NCBI RefSeq assembly: GCF_006345805.1 | Contig: NC_042997.1 | Span: 205,468,001-205,532,000 of the forward strand | Reading direction: 5' to 3' | DNA length: 64,000 bases | From: Octopus sinensis | Lineage: Eukaryota | Part shown: in pieces, positions 24,274 through 36,874 of the stretch | How positions within the stretch are numbered: position 1 is the first letter of the stretch | Layout: every line of letters starts with the position of its first letter | The notes under the pieces: model-generated | What the model saw: only the letters and a program-made list of their open reading frames with translations | Told to the model about the DNA's origin: nothing | The model's database searches: none | Position numbers and translations under genes: made by a program

Positions 24274-26988
24274 TGTTGTTGGCATCCATTTTGTTTCGGG
24301 AGACAATGGAGTTGTGCATAATCTAGTCCAGCTTTTACATTTCATGTCCTAATACATCTCCTGCTGTGGCTGTGTAGTCCTATCCTGGACAAACACCCCC
24401 TCTGGCAGACGCCGCAAACGTAGCGAAGACTTTGCCTGGCTGGTTGTAATGTCATAGTTTCTTGTTGACGTCTTTTCTTGTTTTTCCATTTCACCTCTCT
24501 CTCTCTGTCACTTCTTTGTGTCCCCTCTTTAAGGTACGTTGCCAATCTCTACGGTTGCTGGCAACTGCTTCCCACTTGCTAATATTGATGTTGCAGGCAT
24601 TCATGTCCCTTTTCCAAACATCCTTTTATCGTAAGAATAGTCTTCCCACAGACCTAGTGCCCCTAGCAAGCTCTCCATAGAGTATGTTCTTGGGGATTCT
24701 GCCATCTTCCATACGGCTAACATGTCCAAGCCATCTCATACGTCTTTGTGTGAGGAGTGCAAACATGCTTGCTATTCCTGCTTGCTTGAAGACATCTTTG
24801 TTGGGGACATGATTCTGCCATTTGATGCGAAGGATTTCCCGGAAGCAGTGCAGGTGAAAGATATTTAGACGACGCTCTTGGCATGTGTATGGCATCCAAG
24901 TCTTACTTCCATCCAGGAGAGTGCTAAGTACACATGCCTGGTAAATCTTCATTTTTGTGGTCTTGGTCAGCTTATTGTTGTCCCATGCCTGTTTGGAGAG
25001 TTGGGCCATCACAGCAGCTGCCTTGCCAATGCGTATATAGTGCTCAGCATCAAGAGATAGGTTGTAGGTGACAGTAGAGCCAAGATAGATAAACTTCTCC
25101 ACCTCCTGTAATCTGTGGTCTCCAATATATATGTTTGGGATGTCCGATGTAGCCTGACCCATGATGTTGGTCTTCTTGAGGCTGATAACTAATCCAAAGT
25201 CGCTACATGCTTGCTCAAAACAGTTGATGAGCCTTTGTAGGGCTTCTTCTGTGTGTGATACCAGAGCAGCATGATCAGCAAATAGCACCTCCTTGATGAG
25301 GACACTTCTGATTTTGGTCTTGGCACGCAGACGAGAGAGATTGAACAGTTTCCCATCGCTTCTACTGTGCAGAAACACTCCCTGGTCTGATGTCTCAAAG
25401 GTATGTGACAGCAGCAGCGAGAAGATGCCAAATAATGTAGGAGCAAGGACACAACCTTGCTTTACCCCATTTTTTATTTGGAAGGCGGCTGATGTTGAAC
25501 CATTGTGCTGTATGGTGCCTTGCTTATCATCATGGAAAGACTTGATGATCCTCAGCAGCTTTGGTGGACATCTGATTTTTTGGAGCAGGATGAAGAGGCC
25601 TTTTCTACTTACCAAGTCAAAGGCCTTTGTCAGATCAATGAAGGCCGTATATAATGGCATTTTCTGCTCTCTGGACTTCTCCTGAAGTTGGCATATGGAG
25701 AATATCATTCAATAGTTGATCTGCTTCTTCTAAAGCCAAAATGTGATTCTGGATAAATTCAAGAAGCAAGCAATTGTAGCCTGGACAGGATAATGCGAGC
25801 AAAGGTCTTTCCAACAGTGCTTAGAAGAGATATTCTGCGGTAATTGTTACAATCACCACGGTCACCTTTGTTTTTGTAAAGCGTAATGATGTTAGCATCC
25901 TGCATATCCTGAGGGACTGCACCTTCTTCCCAGCACTGACACAGAAGCTCATGAAGGTGCCGAATCAGGATGGTGTTTTTGCCAGCTTTGATGATCTCTG
26001 AGGGGATGCCGTCTTTTCCCGGAACCTTGTTACTTGCTAGGGTGTCAATAGCCTTGGTGAGCTCTGCTATAGATGGCAGACTGTCAAGTTCGCACATGAC
26101 TGGCAAGATCTTGACACCCTCGATTGCAGCCTCAGCTATTGTGGTCTCCCGTGAGTAGAAATCCTGGTAGTACTCCACCCATCTATCCATTTGCTTGCTT
26201 TGGTCCTTGATGAGATCTCCAGTAGTTGATTTCAGATGGGCTGACTTGGTTGCGGATGGACCAAGGGCTTTCTTCAAACTGGCATACATCCCACGGGTGT
26301 CGCCACTGTCAGCACCTGACTGGATACACTGACAGATTTCCTGCCAATACCTATTTACACAGTGTCTGGCTGTCAGTTGGGCTTTATTTCTTGCCTTTCT
26401 GAGTTCTTCGAGTGACTTTATAGAAGAATCACTCTTGTATTGCATCAGAGCTGCACGCTTTGTTTCGATAATTGTTTCCAGCTCTGAGAGCCCAGCACTG
26501 AACCAATCTGGGTTTTGCCTTTCTCTCATGCCAAAAGTATCTATTAATGTGGTATACAAAGCTTCCCTGATATAATTCCACCTACTTTCAGCAGAGGAGG
26601 TTGGGCAGCTACTGAGGGCAACCTTGATAGAAACAGCAAAACATTTTCGCAGTGTAGGGTCCAAGGTTCTGGCAGTGTTAATGCGTGGTTGGCCCATTTT
26701 CTTGAAGAGATGAACTTTTTTAGGTAGAATCCTCACCCTGCTTCTTATTAGTGAATGATCTGTGTCACAATCCGCGCTGTAGTAACTACGGGTCAGTTGA
26801 ACAGAATTCACAAAGAATCTTCGTGTAATGATGAGATCCAGCTGATGCCAGTGGTGAGATATTGGATGTCTCCAAGATGACTTGTGGGATGTCTTTCTGG
26901 CAAAGAATGTGTTGGTGATGCACGGGTTATGGTATGTGCAAAATTCAAGTAGTCTCTGACCATTGTCAGTCATGTTGCCAATACCAAA
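24274..26988 (-). mobile_element. 5'-truncated BovB-like RTE LINE with two long, nearly intact ORF segments (417 aa and 360 aa)
   Basis: Endonuclease end (SWRHP..HWHQLDLII, DCDTDH), NYRRISLL, FIDLTKAFD, GVKQGCVLAP, LFADH, RWLGHVSRMEDGRIPK, C-terminal CGVCQRGCLSRIGLHSHSRRC, and tail ggatgccaacaacaa. Confidence 0.92.
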
Positions 26989-27449
26989 ACACATACACTT
27001 ACATATATACATACATATATATACGATTGATTTGTTTCACTTCCTGTCTATGAAATCCATATATATATATATAACAAAGTGGAGTTGTAAGGTACTGCAC
27101 GAGAGGAATTATATATGAAAGAAGGTTTAAAAATGCAATTTTAAAAGATGTTTATTTACTTCATCGGTTTCACTTTTTTAGAAAAACATTGTCAAAAGTA
27201 ACATGTAAAAGCTTTGTTGTGTTAGGTACTGATTGTCACAAAATATTACAATATATATATACATTCTTTGATAATAATTAGAACTTGTTAAAAACAGTTT
27301 ACACGGGAAAATTTTGAGAAAATATAAAAAAGTTTAACAAGTTCATCAAAATATTGGGCACAAAAGATTACAATATATATATACATTCTAAGAAAATGTT
27401 AAAAACAATTTACAGAAAAAATTATTAAAAAGTTCAGAGGAATATTGGT

Positions 27450-28520
27450 ATTGTATCTTTCCACAAATACCTGTTGGAGAATTGGAAATGGTACTTAGAT
27501 GATTGCCTCATCCTATGGTCCCACACACTCAACCAGCTTATTGACTTCAAAAACTTTATCAACAGTGTACACAACCACATCCAATTCACAATGGATTATA
27601 GTCAGGACCGACTCCTTTTTCTTGACATTCTAATCATTAAAAAAGGCGTCAACATTGAAACTGACATCCATTACAAACCCACTGACTCTAAACAATACCT
27701 TCTATTCACCTCCAATCACCCAAAACACACAAAGACAAATATCCCCTTCAACTTAGCAAGAAGAATCTGCACAATTGTCTCAAATGACACAACACGAAAT
27801 AGAAGACTCCGGGAACTAAGGGCAATTCTTCTCAAAAGACATTATCCAGCATCACTAGTGGACAACGGAATAGAACGGGCCAAATCAATTAACACCCAAG
27901 ACTTACGAAAACCAAAACACATCCACAGTACAGTAAATAGCCTCCCCTGTCTCTCAACACACAATCGAAGAAATGCAGAAGCTTACACAATTATATACAA
28001 CATTCCACAGCTAAATCAAGACCCACATCTAAAAAATTTACTCACAACTCGTAAAATAATAAAAAGTAAAATACAACCCAAATCCCTAAAAAACCTACTC
28101 ACAATGCAAAATTACACAACACAAACTCACCACCCACCGTCAAAAAATGTGGTCGTTCCAACTGCAGGACTTGCATCCATCTCATTGAAGGATCAGTGTA
28201 CAAATTCCAGTCGGAACACACCTTTGTCATAAAAAATACTTTCACCTGTGCATCAAAAAATTTACTCTATATCATAAGGTGTGAAGGGTGCCACAAAGAC
28301 TACCCTCAGAGAAAGGATGACAGTTCACCGACAACAACTGAGGGACCCCACCACGAGACAGATACCACTAAGTGGACACTTAGACCTCTGTGCACACAAC
28401 AAGTCCCCCGAATTCCTAGTTTTCCACTATACCAATGCCCAGACAACACCACTGACCAAACACAAATAAATAGGGAAAATAATCTTATTCAAAAATACAG
28501 ACCACAACTAAACATACTCT
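27450..28520 (+). mobile_element. Penelope-like element remnant (RT C-terminus + GIY-YIG)
   Basis: WYLDDCLILW, FLDILI, DIHYKPTDSKQYL, SNHPKH in 27474-28232; NLLYIIRCEGC and TLRERMTVHR downstream. Confidence 0.88.
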
Positions 28521-28529
28521 AACATACCC

Positions 28530-29828
28530 CCCAGGTACACATCCAAAACAAACACACACAGAAACACATACAGATATACAAAATCACACACACACAAAAA
28601 CAATGCCAACCTCCGACGCAAATACACTTGCACAAGCACAATATCCTCACACTCGAGCACAAACCCTCACACATCCCAGGAAAAACGCACATCCACATAC
28701 ACTTGCAATAAGATTTTAGCATCCATAACCAACACGCACACACACATATACACATATGTAAACACAGACATGCACACACCTGCACACACCACCCCGAAAT
28801 TACAAATCACATTCACACAATTACAACCACACATACACAGATACACAAACAAACATGCAACTACAACACAACTCACACAAACACACATGCATTTACACAC
28901 ACCTGTACACACACACATACAATACGCCCGCACCCCAGTAATAAAATCACACACACACACTCACATTCAAAAGAAAAAATACACATACACGCACATTACA
29001 ACCACAACAAACATTCACAAACATACATACACACAACCATGCACACACACAATGACACACACCTCCCTGACAAATACAAGACACCTGAACACACCCACAC
29101 AAACACTCCTACACGTATACACACACATTGCACTAACAATACAAACAAAACAAATCACTCACAAATGCAACAGACACACACACACACACACACCCGGAAA
29201 CTACAGAACTACATAAACCATACCCACATATATACACACACACACACACAAACACATACTCAATACCAACACACACAAAACGCATACACACACACACCCA
29301 GATAAACCCAACACACATAGACACACAGAGCCCCTGATAAATACAACACACTTACACACGCATACACATCCACACATACCCACACACATACATATGCACC
29401 CTCACACACACACACCACAAGGACATTTAAAACACAAACAGACACAACACACATACACTCACATATACACACGCATAACATCCCCACCAACACAAAAAAA
29501 CACACAAACATACACACGCGCACATACAGACACACATATACACACACACACACTCACCTACACACATATAACATCCCCACCAACACAAAATACACAAGAA
29601 TACACATGCACTCACAGATGCACACATATGAACAAACACATACACACACTAGTGCACACACAACACACTAACAAACATTAACCACACACACATACACACA
29701 CACAAATGGGCACACATATACACACACCATCCTACCAAATATAAAACACACACAGACACACCTATTTACACCACAATAAACCCTGGGACCAATCAAAAGC
29801 GGCCCTCACACACAAACACAAACACATG

Positions 29829-29859
<31 letters not shown>

Positions 29860-29870
29860 TCACACCATTC
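28530..29870. repeat. 1.3-kb degenerate (CA)-rich low-complexity tract
   Basis: Directly visible; the H/T- and C/V-rich ORFs here are compositional artefacts. Confidence 0.9.
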
Positions 29871-30073
29871 TGACCTCTAAAGACCAATCCCCCAAATCAT
29901 TGATATTTGAAAGAGAAACAAAAGCTTCTTTTCAATTCCACATTACTCCCCCCCAAAACACACCTACACTGTCCCTTGAAATAGAAAATAGTCTTTTAAT
30001 ATAATATGGTGAACCAGGTCTGTTTAAACTACCCTATTACTAAAATGTAACCTCATTATTTTGAATTTTACAG

Positions 30074-30155
30074 AAATTTGAAGAATATCTCCTAAATAAA
30101 GACGAAAATGAAGGAATGATGGATAAACAGGAAAAGGAAAGATTTCATTCAAAAG
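30074..30155 (+). CDS. Exon (phase 0-1) of the macro-domain gene, after a 17.2-kb intron
   Basis: ttttgaattttacag acceptor, gtaaac donor; KFEEYLLNKDENEGMMDKQEKERFHSK continues the terminal helix DKKIAK|KFEEYL in the correct phase. Confidence 0.7.
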
Positions 30156-30263
30156 GTAAACAATTTGTTTGTTGATATTGAATATTATGGTGTTTTGTCA
30201 CACCGTCTCTATTAAACACTGTTTATTATAAATATGATTAATGTTATTATCATTATTATCATT

Positions 30264-30640
30264 CCCTGCCGGTGGCACGATAAAAGCACCACCCGACTGT
30301 GGCCGTTGCCAGCACCGCCCCGACTGGCCTCTGTGCTGGTGGCACATAAAAAGCACAATCCAATCTTGGCCGTTGCCAGCCTTGCCTGGCCCCTGTGCCG
30401 GTGGACGTAAAAAGCACCATCTGTCCATGGCTGTTTGCCAGCCCCGTCTGGCACCTGTGCCGGTGGCACGTAAAAAGCAGCCACTACACTCACGGAGTGG
30501 TTGGCGTTAGGAAGGGCATACAGCAATAGAAACACTGCCAGATCAGACTGGGCCTGGTGCAGCCTTCTGGCTTCCCAGACCCCAGTTGAACGGTCCAACC
30601 CATGCTAGCATGGAAAGCGGACACTAAATAATGATGATGA
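30264..30640 (+). mobile_element. RTE 3' UTR/tail remnant
   Basis: 62-bp-type modules plus conserved tail and (gat)n. Confidence 0.75.
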
Positions 30641-30666
30641 TTATTATTAATTATTAATGATTAATG

Positions 30667-30710
<44 letters not shown>

Positions 30711-30739
30711 GATTGCTATTATTGATATAGATGTCGCAC

Positions 30740-31695
30740 AGTATACAATATCGTGAGATTGTTGATCCAAGATATTGTGTCTACTCGGGGTTTGCAGTGT
30801 TTGTCAAGTCACAAGAAGGACCTTAGGCAGACAATACTTTACACAATTCCAAGTAATGCTGACTTTTGCAATACATCTAGATTGCAGGGTATCTCTAAGG
30901 ACTTCAGATGTTTTTTTCAGATTGGATGGTATTGAACCCAATGCTACGATGACAATAGGGATAACCTTTATGTTCGACTCTTGTACCTGCCACATCTTAG
31001 CAATCTCAATTCTCAGGTTTCCATATTTATCAACCTTTTTCTCTTTATTTCATGATGATGTGTTGATCTCCTGGCCCTGCCAAATCGATTATTTGGCACT
31101 TTTGTTTGTCCCTCCTAAAGGTTTCTATATCTGGCCTTCAGTTCTCTTACACTTTGTCTGTCTGGAAATCAAAGTCCCAGAGGATTTTTGCCTTCCCCTT
31201 TTCGTTCATTACTTTTTCTGGTGTATGTTGGTACCAAGCACCCATAACCTCATATCCATACTTATGGCAAAGTAGCCAGTTTTGGGTTACTTTGTCGTGT
31301 CTACGCTTCTACTCTTCCTGCGCAAGACTTTCTCAAGCACTAACAGTGAGTCACACTTTCAACTCTCTTCCCACACATTCTGCAGAGATCCGTTGCACTT
31401 GTGTGGTATATATTCTTTTTCACTGAGTCCTGGGCCGCAATGATTAGGCTTTCAGTATTTTTGATTAGGTCACCCTTGTTGAGCCATTCTATGATGCTTC
31501 TTTGTCTTTTAATTTGTTGGTTCCACAGTGTAACTGACCATGCAATTCCATACGGAGTAGGGTTTCTTCTCTCTCGTCGGCTGTTCGTGATCAGAATTCC
31601 TGATTACCCTCAAGTTCCTTTTGTTAACTCTTTCTGCACTAGCAGCATACTGTAGCAAGTCTTGTTTGCCGTTTACCAAATATTCTACCATGGCT
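30740..31695 (-). mobile_element. R4/Dong-related LINE 3' fragment, decayed
   Basis: IPIVIVALGSIP endonuclease end, WDFDFQTDK-type motif and LIIAAQD on the minus strand. Confidence 0.75.
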
Positions 31696-31699
31696 AACT

Positions 31700-33500
31700 A
31701 AGAAAATAGTTTTTGTCTGTGGCAGATGCTCAGGAGAAATAAACACTGGAAATGTGCAGAGTCCAACTTCTACCACGTTCCAGGGAGACAAACTAGAAGT
31801 AGTTGATAGCTTCCGCTACCTAGGAGACCAAGTCAGTAGCGGGGGTGGGTGTGCAGAAAGCGTAACTGCTAGAGTAAGAATAGCCTGGGCAAAGTTTTGA
31901 GAGCTCTTACCCCTGCTGGTGACAAAAGGTCTCTCGCTAAGAGTAAAAGGCAGACTATATGATGCGTGTGTACGTACAGCCATGCTACATGGTAGTGAAA
32001 CATGGGCCGTGACAGCTGAGGATATGCGTAAGCTTGCAAGAAATGAAGCCAGTATGCTCCGATGGATGTGTAATGTCAGTGTTCAAAATCGTCAGAGTGT
32101 AAGTACTTTGAGAGAAAAGTTGAACCTAAGAAGTGTCAGTTGTGGTGTGCAAGAGAGACGGCTGCGCTGGTATGGTCATGTGACGAGAATGGCTGAAGAT
32201 AGTTGTGTGCAAAAGTGCTACACCCTAGCAGTTGAGGGAACCTGTGGAAGAGGTAGACCCAGGAAAACCTGGGACGAGGTGGTGAAGCACGACCTTCGAA
32301 CTTTAGGTCTCACCAAGGAAATGACTGAAGACCGAGTCCTATGGAAGTGTGCTGTGCATGAGAGGACCCGGCAGGACTAGTCAGGCCATATCCCGTGGCC
32401 CCTACCTGGGACGTAGTCGATCCACCTGTGCATACCTTCCTTCTTGTGACACTTGTGAAGACCTGCTGAGGCAAGTGAAAGTCAATCAAAATAGATGAAC
32501 ATCAATGGAATTTGTATCTTTGTGGTACCAGTGCCTGTGGCACACAAGAAAACCATCCGAACGTGGCCGTAGCCAGTACCGCATCGACTGGCCTCCGTGC
32601 TGTGGGAACATGGTGGCAATCCATCAGTGCCGTAGTCAGTGCGGTGGGCACATGACAAACACCATCCGATCCGATCGTGGCCGTTCGCCAGCCTCATCTA
32701 GCACCTGTGTCGGTGGCACATAAAAACACCATCCGAAGACCCGGCAAGACTAGTCAGGCCATAACCCATGGCCCCTACCTGGGACGTAGTCAGTCCACCT
32801 GTGCATACCTTCCTTCTTGTGACACTTGTGAAGGCCTGTTGAGGCAAGTGAAAATCAAATCAAAACAAATCAAAATAGATGAACATCAATGGAATTTGTA
32901 TCTTTGTGGTACCAGTGCCGGTGGCACGTGGCACATAAGAAAACCATCCGAACGTGGCCGTAGCCAGTACCGCATCGACTGGCCTCCGTGCTGTGGGCAC
33001 GTAACAAGCACCATCCGATCGTGGCCGTTTGCCAGCCTCATCTGGCACCTGTGTCGGTGGCACATAAAAACACCATCCGAGCGTGGCCGTCTGCCAGCCT
33101 CGTCTGGCACCTGTGTCGGTGGCACATAAAAACACCATCCGAGCGTGGCCGTCTGCCAGCCTCGTCTGGCACCTGTGTCGGTGGCACATAAAAAACACCA
33201 TCCGAGCGTGGCCGTCTGCCAGCCTCGTCTGGCACCTGTGTCGGTGGCACATAAAAAAAACCATCCGAGCGTGGCCGTTTGCCAGCCTCGTCTGGCACCT
33301 GTGTCGGTGGCACATAAAATCACCCACTACACTCTCGGAGTGGTTGGCGTTAGGAAGGGCATCCAGCTGTAGAAACACTGCCAGATCTGACTGGACTGGT
33401 GCAGCTTTCGGGCTCCCCAGACCCCAGTTGAACCGTCCAACCCATGCTAGCATGGAAAGCGGACGTTAAATGATGATGATGATGATGATGATGATGATGT
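31700..33500 (+). mobile_element. RTE LINE 3' half with a complete ~1.1-kb 3' UTR containing tandem 62-63-bp modules and a (GAT)n tail
   Basis: ORF 31919-32380 (RLRWYGHVTRM, GRGRPRKTW); cacataaaaa recurs at 33061, 33123, 33185 and 33248; tail cgttaaatgatgatgat. Confidence 0.9.
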
Positions 33501-33769
33501 TTCTTCTTCCACCGTTGATGCACTCCCATATGCTAATCAGCCCATGTCCACCCTTACCTCTCTTCATGTAGAGCCTGTGTCCATTTTCCTAAAGGGTGGA
33601 GGGCACCATGCATCGTCATTGTCTTTCGGGTAGTGTGATCGAGTTGCTCAATCTTATCTTGTGTCCATCTCCATAGGGGTGCACTATAACGAACTACAGC
33701 AACAGCCCATATGCTGATGGCACTAAGTTCCTTGAGTTGAGATTTGATTTCAAGAGAATATTATTATTA

Positions 33770-35260
33770 CTATTATTGCCTTTGCACAGCTCCTAATGCT
33801 GGAGATGTGCTACAGTGTCAGCTGTTCACTACCTGTGAACTAAGGTAACACCTCTAATTTTTTGAGCACCTTCTGCAGTATTCGATCGGTTCCAAACAGT
33901 GCTGTTTTCTGCAGGTGCTCCACCCTTATTGCAGCCCCTATTTATTCCATGTACTTCTCAAGATTTTCACTGTTCCCAGGGCTCCGACAATTATTGGTAC
34001 CACTGCTACCTTTTTCATCGACCACAACTGCTTAACTTCCCAAGCTAGCCTGTCATACCTAATGACTTTTCTTTCTTCCTTATCGCATACCTTGTTGTCA
34101 GCTGGGCATGCTATGTCTATGATTCAGCATAGTTTGTTTTCTTTCTCAATTAAGACTATGTCCGGCTTTCTATTCTCTATCTCATGGTCACACTGAATCA
34201 TAAAATCTCATAGGATCTTTGCATTTCAATTTTCGACGATGCCTTCAGGTGTGTAGTTGTACCAATTTTTTTGTTCTGTCAAGTCCACACTCGTTGCAAA
34301 GTGTCCAATGGACAAGCCTGGCCATATTGTCATGGTGTCTCTTATATTCCTTCTGGGCTAGTAGCATACATTGGCTGGTAATATGGCATATGGTTTCACC
34401 ATTTTGTCCACAGATTCTGCACTTATCACTTTCTGCTGTGTTGTCTATTCTGTATTTTATGTAGTTTGTTCTTAGTGCTTGCTCTTGGGCAGCACAGATT
34501 AGTGTCTTCGTTTTTGGTTTTAAATCACTTTTAGTCATTCACAGCCATCTTTTTTCTCTGTCTGTCTTATCTTCAACATCCCTATGAAATTGTCCATGCA
34601 TTCTGTTCTTTATCTACCTATTTTCAGTTTCCTTCGTTTTCAATTTCTTGTATGGTGCTTTATCTTTACAATCTTCCATCCTACACAAGCCTGACCTTCT
34701 TACTTCCAATGATAGCAGTTCCATAGCATTGCTTACATACCATGCTATGTTGTTTTCTTCTGCTCTAATGCTGTGTTCGCATCCAATAAGTCCTCTTCCC
34801 CCTCTTTTTCTTCTTCTTACATATAGTCTGTCTGTGTCACTTTTTGTGCAGAGTGCCCATACGTAGTTAGTAACTTCTTTGTCTTTCTGTCTAAGCTGTT
34901 TAGCTCACCTACTGTCCATGTGATTACCCCTGCTCCGCATCTTAGGAGTGAAACCACCCCAGTGTTCATAGCTTCAATCTTATTCTGACCGTTTAATTTT
35001 GACTTAAGGATCCTTAAGTCAAAATTAAACGGTCAGAATAAGATTTATACAGACTCAGTCTGTATAAGTGCTCGGCTTTAAATGGATTGATAGCCCATCC
35101 ATACATTTGATTTTGCCTCTCTTCAAGACTAACACACCACACTTTCTCAGTCTGAACTCCATTCTGATATCAACCCTGAAATTATACACCATATCAACAA
35201 GGGAACTGACTTGGGCTTCATCTTTACCATAAAGTTTGAATTCATCCATGAATAACAAAT
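33770..35260 (-). mobile_element. R4/Dong-related LINE fragment with an internal deletion/inversion scar
   Basis: LFMDEFKLYG, LKSKLNGQNKIEAMN, AQEQALRTNY, CRICGQNGETICHITSQC and RPDIV on the minus strand. Confidence 0.8.
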
Positions 35261-35291
35261 GGTTGGTTATTATTTTTATTATTATTATTAA

Positions 35292-35371
<80 letters not shown>

Positions 35372-35376
<5 letters not shown>

Positions 35377-36600
35377 TAGCCTTATTTTTATAACGTGCTT
35401 TCACTGTACTACCCAACGCAGCCCTGTATGCCTTGGATGTGTGCTGTGGTTTGTTCTGATGCTCTTATTTTTACTGTATTGAAAGTGTTCTGCGTAGGAT
35501 GTGTGCAGTGCCTAGTAGTGCAATTTTCTGTATGTTTTATGTGTTTGTAAGTCCTGGTGTTTTTGTTATGTATTTGTCTGAATATTTTTTTTATCATGCC
35601 TAATGCACCTACTATGGTAGGAATTGTTTCTGTTTTTAGATTCCACATTCTGGTTACCTCTATTTCCAGGTCTTTGTATTTTGAGAGTTTCTCCATTTCT
35701 TTTAGAGACACGTTGTCATCTGCTGGTATTGATACATCAATTAGAAAGCATTTTTTTTCTTCATGATCTCTGACAACTATATCTGGTCTGTCGGCTTTAA
35801 TTTCTCTATCTGTGTGTATTGGCATATCCCAGAGTATGGTTGCTTTCTCGTTTTCTGTGACCTTTTCTGGTGTGTGCTTATACCATCTTTTCTCTGTTGT
35901 TATTCCATAATATTGGCATAGCTTCCAGTGTACATAAGTTCCAACTCTGTCGTATCTGTAAATATATTCCTTCTTAGCCAGTTTTCCTTGTTTTCCAGTC
36001 TATTTTGATTGGTTCATTTAGAGTCCAGTTAAGGATATATCATAGCTGTAACTTATAACAGGAATGGCTAAAGTGTTAATACCTATTATCTTGCTTTTCA
36101 CATGGAGCTTTGTTTTCAGTATTTATCTAACTCATCTATAGTATTCTTTTTATATTATCTCTTTCATTTGTGTGTGTTGTATCATATCTAGTTCATTGAT
36201 TCCTAAATATTTGTATATCTGGCTTTGGTATAATTGTCTTATTTCATTTGCTTTATCTAGTGTGATGTTGCTACTCTTAACTAGTTTTCCTCTTTTCCGG
36301 GTTGCTTTGGCACATTTTTGTAAGCCAAATTTTATATTAGTTTCTTTGGTAAATCCATGTACTGTCTGTAGTAATGTTTCCAGCTGTTTATCATGTGTAG
36401 TGTACACTTTTAGGTCATCCATATATTGTTTGGCTGTAATAGTTGTATCCGCATCAAGTTCTGTTTAGCATGTTAGGTAAAGATGTCAGTGCCAAGCAAA
36501 AAAGAAGTGGAGAGAGTGTGTCTCCCTGGAATATTCCTCTTCTAATGGGGATGGCTTTGGTTTTTGTGAGTCCCTCTTTTGTTTGGAACTGTTGAACTGT
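35372..36600 (-). mobile_element. R4/Dong-like LINE (copy C, same family as 7130 and 15975) with an internal deletion near 35980
   Basis: MDDLKVY, YKYLGINELD and WDMPIHTDREIKADRPDIVV; 3' end abuts (att)n at 35270-35372. Confidence 0.87.
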
Positions 36601-36662
36601 TTGCTATATATTCATAGAATGTTTTATATATATTTATCATTATTATGATTATTATTATTGTT

Positions 36663-36870
36663 ATTATTACCTCCACTTTAGCGAAGGTAGAGGTATTATT
36701 TTCAGTCATGTTTGTTTGTTTCTTTGACCATGGACAAATATCTCAAGAACTGCTTTATGGATTCATATGAAACTTTCAGGGATGTTTGGTCTCATGACTG
36801 GCAGGAACTGATTAGACTTTGGGATTGATCTGGTACCAGACAAAGATTCTGGATTATTCGTTATATTTAC
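36663..36870 (+). mobile_element. Possible Helentron-associated non-autonomous (DINE-1/HINE-like) 5' fragment
   Basis: Starts ttattacctcc..agaggt (short IR), then tgtttgtttg; shares gggattgatc.ggtaccagacaa.gattctg with 38864-39078. Confidence 0.4.
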
Positions 36871-36874
36871 TTCA

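Noticed and set aside
28519-29681. Multiple His/Thr- and Cys/Val-rich ORFs
   Set aside because: They are artefacts of a degenerate (CA)n tract.
33040-33330. Regular 62-bp repeats resembling a CRISPR array
   Set aside because: Units are contiguous with no unique spacers, there are no cas genes, and the repeats lie in a LINE 3' UTR in eukaryotic DNA.
32860-33469. Overlapping repetitive ORFs (also at 37810-38357)
   Set aside because: They are translations of the 62-bp UTR modules; the unit length is not a multiple of three.
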